The notes under the pieces were generated by a model, which saw only the letters and a list, made by a program, of their open reading frames with translations, ran no database searches and was not told the DNA's origin. 64,000 bases of DNA from the human T2T-CHM13v2.0 reference genome, Homo sapiens: the NCBI RefSeq assembly GCF_009914755.1, contig NC_060933.1; one strand, written 5' to 3'. Below are positions 13,981 through 25,608 of the stretch, in pieces; positions within the stretch are counted from its first letter, which is position 1; each line of letters begins with the position of its first letter. The position numbers were made by a program, and so were the translations under genes.

Positions 13981-14239
13981 TAGCTATCTAATTGTAAAGC
14001 TCATAATATAGCCAGGGAGAAAAAAGCTATGCAAAATATGATGGTATAATGTATTAAAGGTAATATATAGGCACATAGGAAGCGCTTTGGTAAATCAAGA
14101 GAGAGTAATGGATTCAGGAAAGGCTACAAAACAGCAAAAACCTGAATGGCTGGTGGCATTTCATATTCCTGAATGAATTAATTATCTTTTGTATTGAGAA
14201 TTAAGACCTAACAACTATAATTAGATGCATTTTTACAAA

Positions 14240-14410
14240 AATATTATTCGGTTTTCAAATAAACCTGGGAGGGAGGTGTTATCTGCTTTCTACAAATGAA
14301 GAAATCAAAGTTTCCAGATTTCTCTGGACTTGTCCAAGTTCATACAGTAGGTCAATGAATAAACACAAATTTGAACACAGGCTTTCTGACTATGGATCCA
14401 TTTCACTAAA
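14240..14410 (-). mobile_element. MIR fragment
   Basis: tacaaatgaagaaatcaaag...acttgtccaagttcatacag...atttgaacacagg. Confidence 0.6.
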
Positions 14411-15034
14411 GTTACAGGAAGAAAATTATGAGAAGAAAGACCATAGATATGAGGAAAAAATGAAACTAAATGAGAACCTGCTTCAGATGCCAGGTCTTGT
14501 TGCAAGATACTATTATAAAATAAGTTGGTTTTGTCATGGAGTAGTGGAAACTCTGTACAATCAGTGAGGAATCTCTTAAACACAATGGTAATAATATTTT
14601 CAAATATATAAAAATCTAGGAAGTATATATAATAATAAGTACATTTTTACCCAAAAAGTAAAAAATAGAAATATTGTCTTTTGCTTACAGATATAGTGAT
14701 TTTTTTTTTTTGGCAAATCTAATAAACAAGGCCATGAAATGCAATTGTATATTTTCTACTTTTTTTGATATCATATTCCCCTTCAATGGTTAGGTTTAAA
14801 GAAAAAAATACTTGAGAGTTGTAAATGTCAAATATTAGAAAGAAATATATTTATTATCAAGATTTAGGAGAAAAGGCTGCTCTGCTTATGGAGTAGCCAT
14901 TCTTTATTTCTTTACTTTCTTAATGAACTTGCTTTCACTTTACTCTATGGACTTGCCCCAGATTCTTTCTTGCGTGAGATCCAAGAACCCTCTCTTGGGG
15001 TCTGGATCAGGACCCTTTTCTGGTAACATCTTCC

Positions 15035-15052
15035 TGGTGACCATGAAGGGAC
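15035..15052 (+). other. Retroviral primer-binding site (tRNA-Arg(TCG) type)
   Basis: tggtgaccatgaagggac = TGGCGACCACGAAGGGAC with two CpG>TpG changes, 6 nt after the LTR-terminal CA. Confidence 0.75.
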
Positions 15053-15214
15053 TATACTGAAGAGACCCCTGACCTGAAGGAAATAGATTGCAGCACCAAC
15101 TTTGAGAAAGTGGTGGGGTACATTTTACCCCAGTAAAGGATGATGTTGGGTTAGAGGCCCAACTTAGGAGAGTCTCTCCTAAGACAAAGAAGGTTAAAAT
15201 TCCCCCCACCCCAC

Positions 15215-15464
15215 TTTTTTTTTTTGAGACGGAGTTTCGCTCTTGTTGTCCAGGCTGTGCAACCTCTGCTTCCCAGGTTCAAGCCATTCTCATGCTTCCG
15301 CCTCCCGAGTAGCTGGGATTACAGGCATGTGCTACCACACCCAGCTAATTTTTGTATTTTTTAGTAGAGACGGGGCTTCACCAGGTTGGTCAGGCTGGTG
15401 GAACTCCTGACCTCAGGTGATCCACCCACCTCGGCCTCCAAAAGTGCTGGAATTACAGGCGTGA
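15215..15464 (-). mobile_element. AluS(p/q) with internal deletion and clipped 5' end
   Basis: gagacggagtttcgctcttgttg...; lacks ~27 nt of the right arm and ~15-20 nt at the 5' end. Confidence 0.9.
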
Positions 15465-16249
15465 ATAAAAGGCAAGGACGCTTGACCAAACTTGGGTTTG
15501 AGGACCAGCATAGGAAGGTTAGAGTGCTTCCTAAAATGTAGGGGGTTAGAGGCCCCTCTCAGTAAAGTCTCTCTTTGTTAAAAATGGATTTGCCACTATG
15601 GGATGTTAACCACTATTCTCTGTGGATTAATCTGCCTTGCACTGTTTGCTGATGGCTATGGGTGAAAGGATTAGGCGTGTACAGGATCATGGGACATGGG
15701 GAGCTTTTTCCTCCCCAAAGGGGGAAACTTGAGAGCTGATAGGACCCCTGGAAAAGATCCCTTCACAACTGTCAAGCGACCGCCTGAACTTTTGATTCAG
15801 TGTTGCTACAATGGGTGGGTCTTTCTCTGGCCTTCCTGAGCTACTTGCCTTCCCTACCTCATCACAGGCTATGCTTTTCTCTCTCTTTCTCTCCTTTCCC
15901 TTTCCTATCTTTTCTTTTACTCAGGGCAGCCATCTTTCCCAGAGACCACGTGTTGAAACTTCTTTAATCCACTTTGAATGGATTAAAGATGACAGAGCCT
16001 TACCAGGGGCAAGTGTGAGCCTTGCCAGTTCAATACTGGCACTAAGCTGAGTGACTAATGTCTATATTTTGTCACACGTATTTTGCTCTGCCCAGATGGC
16101 AAATGTTAATGTGGTTACCCCATGCAACCCCTTGGGTGGCACCTTACAATACTGAGAAGCTTTTGTTTGTGATTCCACAAAATGCCAGTCTCCTTAGTCA
16201 CTCAGCTTAGTGCCAGTAGGGCGTGGCTTCCCCCCCAGCTCTCCATCTT

Positions 16250-16645
16250 CTTTGGGCGGCATACTTTTCAGCACTCTCTGTATTCCCCTGCACTGGCCTT
16301 CTACAAGCCTTACTCTGTCTATGCTTCCTCCTGTCTCAAGGGCTTTGGACTTCCTCAGCCTAAACACTATATTTTTCTCATTTCATTCTTGTTAACTTTG
16401 CTAATTCTTCAAATATCAGCTCAAATATCTCATAGACCCTTTTAACACTACATATCTCTGTACTATATTAAATGCCAGAGTTGTAATTTTATATTTAAGC
16501 GATTATTTAGTTAATATTTGTCACTTCTTCTAGAATATGAACAGGTTGTTTGCATAGACTATTTCTTTTCTTTCTTCTTTTTTTTTGCCTTTTATTGTTG
16601 TATTGCTATTGTCTGGTACAATAGCTAGCACTTAGTAAAATTATG
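16250..16645 (+). mobile_element. L2 3' fragment
   Basis: ttcttcaaatatcagctcaaatatc...tctggtacaatagctagcacttagtaa. Confidence 0.55.
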
Positions 16646-18799
16646 ACAAAAAATGATAGCTTGTGCTATTACAGGTTAGCTCAAAGTGCTTATTCTTTAT
16701 GCTAAGGCATTTGGTGGACATCAAGAATTATACTCGAATACCAAGGATACAAGACTGGAGCACTGCTGTGTCATACGGTCTCTCTAGCTCTCTTTTCTTG
16801 GTTAGTCCAACATGTTGGGGGAAAGATCCATTCTAGAGAAGACACCAGGGCCACAACTGCAGCAGGAAAGTTGCTTTACCTCAAGGACTAGCATGCTTCT
16901 GTAAAATCTCTTAGGGATGGAGTGGTTCTACCATTTCAAAATAGCCCTAATTGACAGGGAGCATTTGTTTTCAGCATTTTGCTTTTTTGCTAATCATAAG
17001 ATGAGCTGAATGAACATCATTGCTAAACTCTATTGAAGGTCTGAGCATAGACAAGATCCAGACTGATGTGAGACAGATTGAGAGCAAAATAGGACCTGAA
17101 AGATCGGGAAAGCACCATGGGAGCATCATGGACACAGCTTTCTTCTGGTCCCCTGGAATGTCCCTTTTACATTCACTTGAACACTGGGTTTAAAGAATCA
17201 CTAATCTAACACTACTATTTCTAAAACTCCTTCAATAATGTATGTGTTACCTATATCTGCTGTTTGGTCTACGTTCCTTCATTCTTCCACATTCACAAAC
17301 CAAAGATTAGGCTTTCTTGACTTTCTGTAAATTGAAAGTTGTATTGTTATTTATGTATTCATTGTGACACACAAAGAGCTCTGGGAATGAATGTTAACTA
17401 AGCAAAGCTGTTTCACCCTCTATTTGTTGAATGAAATTTGTCTTTTGTTTTTTTTAATCTAGTGACACCTAATTGCAACCTGTATTGTCTTTTAATTTAT
17501 AGAAACATGAATACTTTTATGAAAACATTCAAAATGCTTTCTTATAGGACATCTGATAATTTGAGAAAATAATTTAGGTACTTAGCCAAAAATTTTATAC
17601 AGTTCTAAAAGTGATGACTAAGTGGCACCTTAAACTAATCCTTTTACTCAGAAACAGAACTAGGTGATTATGTGAGTATGCTGATACGAATCAATAGGCC
17701 TCTAAAAGCTTAAATGTGAGGAATAGCAGTTGAGTCCTTGGTTGCAAGCAAGAGAAACTGATGAGCGGACTTATGAAAGAGGAACTTATAGAAGCATCTA
17801 AGAGTGTTGGAGTAAAGGACTCAGAGTGGGTGGAGGATTGGAAGCCCAGGTTGAGAACTAGGCAAGAAATTTAGGAGTTACGAAGTACAAGAAGCAGAGG
17901 GAAACAAACGTACAGCCATTTTCTCATTGCTCACACATCCTAATCAGGAGACCACCACTCTGCTGTCACCAAGACCTCTGCAGGGAAATATATCCAAATC
18001 TATCTCTTCCTGACAGGTGGTTCTGGCTACAGGAATCACTTGCAATTGCAGTCAAATGGTGGCTGAAGCTGAAAATGGAGGATGGAGCAGCTGAGGGCTG
18101 GCCAGGCAGCTCTTTCTTTATATAATAATCTCAGGGCCTGTCCAAGGAGACTAGATTCAGCGTTCTCCCTGCATGACAGTCTCAGGGAAGTAAGCCCACT
18201 GAGGCAGCAGCCCAGGGCTTCAATACAAGTGTTCCAGCTACCAAGGCAGATGCTACACCATCTTCTGCCACCTAGTCTCACAAATCACAAATGATTTGTG
18301 TCACATTCTTTTGGTTACAAGCAAGTTACAGGCTCAGTTTCAAAGCAACAGTAATTAGACTACCTTTCAAAGGGTGAGTAATGAGGTCTTAGATGATTTG
18401 GAGAAGAACAGAGAGATCGTTGGAACCATTTAGAGGAAACACTATTATCCCTGTATAAAGGACAATAATATATTTAATCACATTCCTTGTACTTCATTTG
18501 CAATATCTTCCATAGAGTGGCTATGAAAATTCGTAGATCATTGTTACTTTAAAAAAGAAAGCCATGGCTCTCACATTCTTATTATTTTAATACAAGAAAT
18601 AACTGCCTTGGGCAATACTTTTTGGGGGATGTTGACAAGCCATGTTCAATGTATTAGCTACATTGTGCTGAAGATTATACTCAGTAAATGAAGATTGAGA
18701 TTAATCATGATTATTTTCTTTTGCAAAAGCCATGAAACATTGCTAGCCAATAAGAAGGAAAAAACATTTGTATGTATTTGCTAAGGATTCATTATAGTG

Positions 18800-18935
18800 T
18801 GGGAGCAGAGTGGATAGTGACTTGGGAGCCAGAGAAATCTGAGTTTGAATCAAGCCTCCACCACTTATTGATTAAGTGACCTCAAAGATAGTAATTGCCT
18901 CTTTTAAGTGATAGTTTCTTATCAGTGAAATACTA
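18800..18935 (+). mobile_element. MIR
   Basis: ggagccagagaaatctgagtttgaatcaagcctccaccacttatt...gtgacct. Confidence 0.7.
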
Positions 18936-19284
18936 CTACTACTGCTACCAACTGCTGTACAGAAGACAGAATGATCTGAGAAGGAATTTTTGGACTGGAG
19001 TTTGTGTACCAGCTACAGGCTGTACCAGAAATACAGGAAGAGAAAGGGCTTTTAGTAACTGGAAACCCAAAATGCAGTCATGTGGAAATGATCCTTTTTT
19101 CTTAACTTCAATGGTAAAGATGTGGGAGGTTGACTCAATAGTCAAGTGACCCACCTGCTAAATCCTTTGACTTTGATGTGTAAACAACGTGCCTTCTTAC
19201 AATTATTAACATTGCTTACTTTTTTGACCCTGAAGACTGACTCAGAGGAGTTCAGTGTCCTCACAACCCTAACTCAGAATTAGG

Positions 19285-19460
19285 CTATGTGATTCAAATC
19301 CCAGCCCGACTCCTCACTGGCTGTGGAGCTTGGCCAAGTTATGTAACTCAGGTTGCTCATACGTAAAATCAGGATATTGATGGTCATGATCAAAACTAAA
19401 TTAGATAGTCCACATCTAGCACACAGAAAGCACTCTGTAAATATTAATACACAGTAGCTG
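19285..19460 (+). mobile_element. MIR
   Basis: ttcaaatcccagcccgactcctcactggctgtggagcttggccaagttatgtaac. Confidence 0.7.
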
Positions 19461-19665
19461 CTGCTACTGTAAGAAGCTTATAATGCATTTCCAACCAAGA
19501 AACTTTCCTTTAACAAGATAATGCATTATGAAATATCCTATATTATTTGAAACATTAGATCATTTCCAGCTATTGGAAAGAAAAATGTAATGAGATTTTT
19601 CACATGTAGTAAACTAAGTTATGGGTTATATTTATTATATTCTTGTCTCACTGCAGATTAAAGTT

Positions 19666-19728
19666 TACATATGTAACAAACCTGCACGTTGTGCACATGT
19701 ACCCTAGAACTTAAAGTATAATAAAAAA
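19666..19728 (+). mobile_element. Extremely 5'-truncated L1PA 3' terminus (~60 bp)
   Basis: tacatatgtaacaaacctgcacgttgtgcacatgtaccctagaacttaaagtataataaaaaa; aaagtt on both sides. Confidence 0.92.
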
Positions 19729-20448
19729 GTTAATCTTTTAAGTAGTAGAAAGTTTATTTATAGGCTGTTCTTTTCTGCATAACGGAACTACAAATGACTC
19801 CAATGTGGGAGTAAAGAATGTGTCTGTGAAAAAGAGCAGAGTAGAATGCAAAAAATTGATATGAGAGAAAAGAAAGGAAATGAAAATGTCATTCATATAT
19901 CTGCATATTAATAATTTTACTTTTTTTTTTTAGGACCCAGCTATGGAGTCTATAAAAAACTCAGGTTTATCCCCAAGCTGAGTCATCAACCGAACAGCCC
20001 ATCTGGAGAGCAGACTGGTTTTGGCTAGACTAATGGAAATACACTTTTAGTCTCTGGGGTCTAACTGGAAATGATTATTGTCATTCCATTTTCATGGAGA
20101 TTGTGACTGTTGGAAACTCCATGTTGGCAGAATGCAAACCAGCTGTTGATTTCAAATGCCTCAACTTTATACTTTAACTATCTTTATCCTGTTTTATCTA
20201 TCATCTATGTATCTTTCTTTTAGATTAGTCTTTCTAAATGTATTACTATAGAAGAAAAGTGTCAAAGAAGCACACACAAAATCTGTCTACATAGAGAAAA
20301 CTAAATTGTATGTTAATTCTCAAGAGAAAAAGAAAGAAGAAAGGGAGGGAGAAATAATACAAGGTTTTGGCTTGTGTTTAGTGGGATAACAAGTTGAACT
20401 CACATCATAATTTGAAAAAAGCAAGAAAAATAAACAAGAAAATATAGT

Positions 20449-20622
20449 CAAGCATGGCTACATAACTTGTGGGGACAATGCAAAATAAAAATAAGGGGGC
20501 CCCTATCAAAAAATTACTAATTTCAAGAAGATGAGAGTAGATTATTAAATCAAATATGGGGCTGTTCTGAGCATAGGACCCTGTGAGCTTGTGCAGATTG
20601 TACATCCATGAAGATGGCCTTG
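20449..20622 (-). mobile_element. MER91A-like hAT-Tip100 DNA transposon
   Basis: ggctacataacttgtggggacaatgcaaaataaaa...gtgcagattgtacatccatgaagatggccttg. Confidence 0.7.
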
Positions 20623-20728
20623 AATATAGTTTCTTTTTTTGCTTAAAAATAATCTATTCTCCTTAATGAATACTCACACTCAAGGAGGGGAGACATTAAC
20701 TTTTATTGCCATCTGGTATGACTTTTAG

Positions 20729-21048
<320 letters not shown>

Positions 21049-21080
21049 TCTGTTAATTTACCTTTTATTATTTCTCAATT

Positions 21081-21149
21081 TGTTTAGTAAAACAAAGCTT
21101 AGTTTTCAATTTCATCTGTTTAGAAAAATAAAGCTTAGTTTTCAATTTC
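21081..21149 (+). repeat. Two-copy tandem duplication, period 36
   Basis: tgtttagtaaaacaaagcttagttttcaatttc / tgtttagaaaaataaagcttagttttcaatttc (31/33 identical). Confidence 0.92.
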
Positions 21150-22719
21150 TCTTCCACCTCTTCCTTCCCTGGCTGGGAAGTGTGTACAGGGGGACGGATA
21201 TCATTGTAGAGTTTAAGGGTTGACATCTCTGGCCCAGTGTCTTCTGACTCCACTGTTTGCTTGTTAACATCTCTTCTCCACTTGGGGGATCCTTGATATT
21301 GGAGGCCAAAGTCTGTATTTGGTTAACTGGGATGTGAGAGACTGCTATTATTCCAAGAAGGACAGTCATCATCAGATCTTAAATAAGGTAAGACACAAAG
21401 TTATTTTTATTTCTAGTGTATGAAAACTAGGGAGATTAGAAAGGTCAGATTAACTGAAGACAAATTAAAAGGATTGTACATTTGCTGTACATATAAGCTG
21501 TGATTCATAGTAAATGTATGTCCTAGGCATATGTGATAGTTTTTCTAAAATTATTTTAAATGTACAAAAAAATCTTTGTTTATGCTTTCAGTGAGTTTTG
21601 TAAACGTTTTCGAGACAACAAATAAACAAAAATCTCATTTATTTTTAAAAGTTACAAATTTGACTTCCTATATAAAAGAACACTGCAACAAAACCATGTA
21701 TTAAGTGAAGATTTTTAAAAAGTGAATACATTTTGCCCATTGTTTCTCTGTGACTTGTTTTGATGAGTTTAGTAGGAAAAGACATTGGTGGGGGCATATT
21801 ATTGCTCCTTCATACTTTAAATCTTTCTTTACTGGTTCTCTTCAGCCTTCATTTAAAACATTTAAGAATTTTCCATCTGCAAAAAATAAAAACAAAAATA
21901 AATAGCATCTGATCTAATATATGTCCATGGCTTCTGCTGCCACCGTAAGCTAAGGACAGCATTACCCTCTTCAGTGAAATAATGGGTAAATCATCATGAG
22001 GGCTGTTTAGTGAAAAATAACATCAAAACAGAGCTGAGAGGAGGAATTTCTGATTCACTGGGTTCTTCACCAAACTATCCTACTTCTGTGGTAGGAGGTG
22101 AGTATGTCTATGTGGACGTTAAAAGTATCCTTTGAGTTTTGATTAAAGGGCCTAAATGGTGTTGTTCAGAGTGCAAAGCCTTGATAACTAAAATATCCTA
22201 TCATAACTACTCATATTTGACAGTGAAGAACAGTATAACCTTTCTCCAATAAAATGGTGGCATAAAAATTAAGAACCATGAAATTATTTTAAATAGAAAA
22301 ACTTGGCTAGTAAATATATTTACTATAGAATGATGACGTACTGTCTTAATAATGTTTGATATTAGCCAATTATTCTAGAAAAATGAGGAAAGTGTTGGAA
22401 TAAAGAATGCTAGAATACTAAATAAAGAAATTTATCTATTGCACTTTTTGGAGAACATATTTTCTGACAGAAAGAACAGAAATGAACTATAATATTTTCA
22501 ACATGATTCTCATATCCTGTAGAAAGCTTGTAAGTTTTTCTCTAGGGAGCTGTAAAAGACACAACTGTGATACAAACAGGCATAGCGTTACTAGGCTGAA
22601 ATTTTTAATCTGTTGGCTTCAGTATTTCCATAGATTTCCCAAGTATGTCAGCATATTTTTTGATATGCATTAGCTATAGTATTTGGCAATATAATTTATA
22701 ATGATTTTAAATGTACAAT

Positions 22720-23470
22720 TTCAACTCTTGTACACTGTTGATGGAAATTTAAATTAATAAAGGTATTGTAAAAAACTGGTGGAGGTTCCTCAAAAACAAG
22801 AATTACCATATCATCCGAAAATTTCACTTTTGGGTATGCACCCCCAAAAATTGAAGTCAGTTTGTTAAAGAGATGTCTACACTCCTATGTTCATTGCAGC
22901 ACTGTTCACAATAGCCAAGTTTTTTAATCAACCTCAGTGACCAGGCACAGGTGGGTGGATAAAGAAAATGTGGTACATATGCACAATCAAGTGCATATTC
23001 AACCTTAAAAAAGAAGGATATTTTCTCATGTGTGGCAACATAGATGAAATTGGAGAACACTATGCTAAGTGAAATAAGCCAGAAACAAAGACAAATACCA
23101 CATGTTCTAACTTACATGTGGAGTCCAAAACAATTTAACTCATAGAAGCAGAGAGCAGAATGGTGGTTACAGAGACCAGTGAGTGGGAGGAATGGGAAGA
23201 TGATGGTCAGATGGTACAACATCTCAGAAAAGAGAAAAAATTCTTTTGAGTTTTATGACATAGAATGAGAAATGTAGTTAATAATACAGAATTGTACATT
23301 TTAAAATTTAAATTGCAAATGTTCTCACCACAAAAAAATATTGTTTGAGGTAATGGATATATAAAGTAGCTTAATTTAACTATACCACATTGTATTCATA
23401 AACCATAACATCACTTTGTACTCCATAAATTTATATAATCATAAATTGTCAATTTATAATAAAAGATAAA
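22720..23470 (+). mobile_element. L1MA-type 3' end
   Basis: cactcctatgttcattgcagcactgttcacaatagccaag...aaatgttctcaccacaaaaaa...A-rich tail. Confidence 0.88.
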
Positions 23471-23537
23471 AATATTTATTTTAAATGATCACTCATGAAA
23501 ATGTTTGCCTCTGGTTTCATCCAACTTTTGATCTTTT

Positions 23538-23553
23538 CTGCCATCTAGTGGTA
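23538..23553 (-). promoter_or_regulatory. CTCF consensus-like motif (reverse orientation)
   Basis: Minus strand reads TACCACTAGATGGCAG, matching CCASYAGRKGGCRS. Motif only. Confidence 0.6.
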
Positions 23554-23924
23554 ATGTTTTAAAACTTCCTTCTAAGTGTATACAAATAATTAAAAAATGA
23601 AAAAGTACTGTATTACAAAATGTAAAAGTAAAATGTAAAAGCATGTTCTGTTGCTTCACAAGGTCTGAAATCTAACCTAGGACCCATAAGCCCTAGGCAT
23701 GAAAAATATTGGGGAAAAAATTTAAAGAATATAAAATAACTAAAATTGTCAACAATGGGTAAGAAGTATATATTATATATATGTGTATATATATAGTATA
23801 TATACACACACACATATATACACTGTGGAAATATAGAATGATTTTATATAATATATTTATAATATTTATTTGAAATAAAGCATCAGAAAGATAATTTGGA
23901 TTTACCTTGCATAGTATTAATGGA

Positions 23925-25576
23925 TGGGAGGGGCTTCAATATGGCTGAATAAAGGTGCCTGGCACTCGTCTCCTCCACAAAGAACAACCAATGCAGTACA
24001 TAACTGCACATCCATCGAATAGAACATCTAAAAGAGAAGACTGGAATTCATCTGGAGTCCACACAATGGCATTACTCCAAAGAGGGAATTAATGCTGAGT
24101 CACACTCACCCACTGAGACCCAAGAAGTTGGCACCATGGCATCAGTTTGAGAACTCAGATCCCACTAGACTGCATTTCTTCCCTCAGGCCCAACAGTCCC
24201 ATACATCCCCACATCCCTGGAGAACCATTGACATCCCTCCGCATTCACCTAGAGGGCTGCAGCAGCACAATGCTGGTTAGACCAGGCAGTGAGACAGGGT
24301 TTCCAGCATTTTAGCCAACACAGTGTCCTACACCCCAAGGAATGTGTGGTGAGGCACACTAGGGAGGCTGCCCCAGGACAAAGAGATCAGAAGTGTGCAC
24401 TCCTCAGAGCCTGAGAGATGGCTGCCACTGCCACTGACAGCAACTATCCCCTTCAGTGGCAAGAATACTTTGCAACTGCATATGCCTTCAGAGGACCTAA
24501 AGACTGGTTCTGGGGCCTGAGGAAAGACACATGATGCCCACTGCCACCATCAGCACCACCACCAGTGCCAACACACATCATTCTGGGGCCTGGGGACAGA
24601 TCAACCTGCCCACTTGATATGGTTTGGCTGTGTCCTCACCCAAATCTCATCTTGAATTGTAGCTCCCATAATTCCCATGTGGCATGGGAGGGATCCAGGT
24701 GGGAGGTAATTGAGTCATGTGGAAGAGTCTTTCCCATGCTGTTCTCATGACAGTGAGTACGTCTCACAAGATCTGATGGTTTTATAAAGGGAAGTTCCCC
24801 TACACATGCTCTTTTTGCCTGCTGCCATGTAAGACGTGACTTTGCTCCTCCTTCACCTTCCACCATGATTGTGAGACCTCTCCAGCCACGTGGAATTGTG
24901 AGTCAATTAAGCCTCTTTATTATAAATTACCCAGTCTTGGGTATGTCTTTATTAGCAGCATGAGAACAGACTAATACACTGCCATTGCCAGCACCCATGT
25001 ACACCTTAAGGATCCTGAGGAAAGACCCTTTCTGCCCACTGCCAACCCCACACACACTACCTGAGGACCCAGGGACCTACCCACCTGCCCAGCCCACCGC
25101 CACTACTAAGAAAACTGCCTGGAAGCCTGAGGACTGGCCCTCCTCGACCCACTACCACCAACACCCATGTATACTGCCTGAAGTCCCAAGAACCAGCGCC
25201 CCCCGCCAGCTGTTGCCACCACTGGTGCCTGAGGACTGCCTCACCTGGTGTCTCCATCCCCAGTAAAGGCTCACCAAAGCATCCACTTGCAGCTGTAGCC
25301 TAAGTCACTGAGAAACTCACAGACACCACTAACACTGATTATAGCCAAAGAAATCAGAGACTACACTACTGCATTCACCAGAATCAGAGCCAAAACACCT
25401 TACTCAACCAACACTATAGATACTTCTATTTAAAAAAAATAAAAGCCAATCAATAAAGTTGGAAGACGTGACAGTTAGATCAGATACACAGATATCAATG
25501 ACACAAAGAAGCATGATAAAACAAGGAAACATTACACTCCAATAGGAATACAATAATTCTCTAGTAACAGATACCA

Positions 25577-25608
<32 letters not shown>

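Larger units (their letters stand above)
14873..16180 (+). mobile_element. ERV1 MER41: 3' part of LTR (to 15028), PBS and start of internal region, interrupted by an Alu
   Basis: LTR end gatccaagaaccctctcttggggtctggatcaggacccttttctggtaaca followed by a PBS and leader sequence. Confidence 0.85.

Noticed and set aside
19911-19940. Strong-looking acceptor (T11-AG) suggesting an extra exon
   Set aside because: No matching donor or coding signal found; T-runs followed by AG are common here (also 29868-29889).
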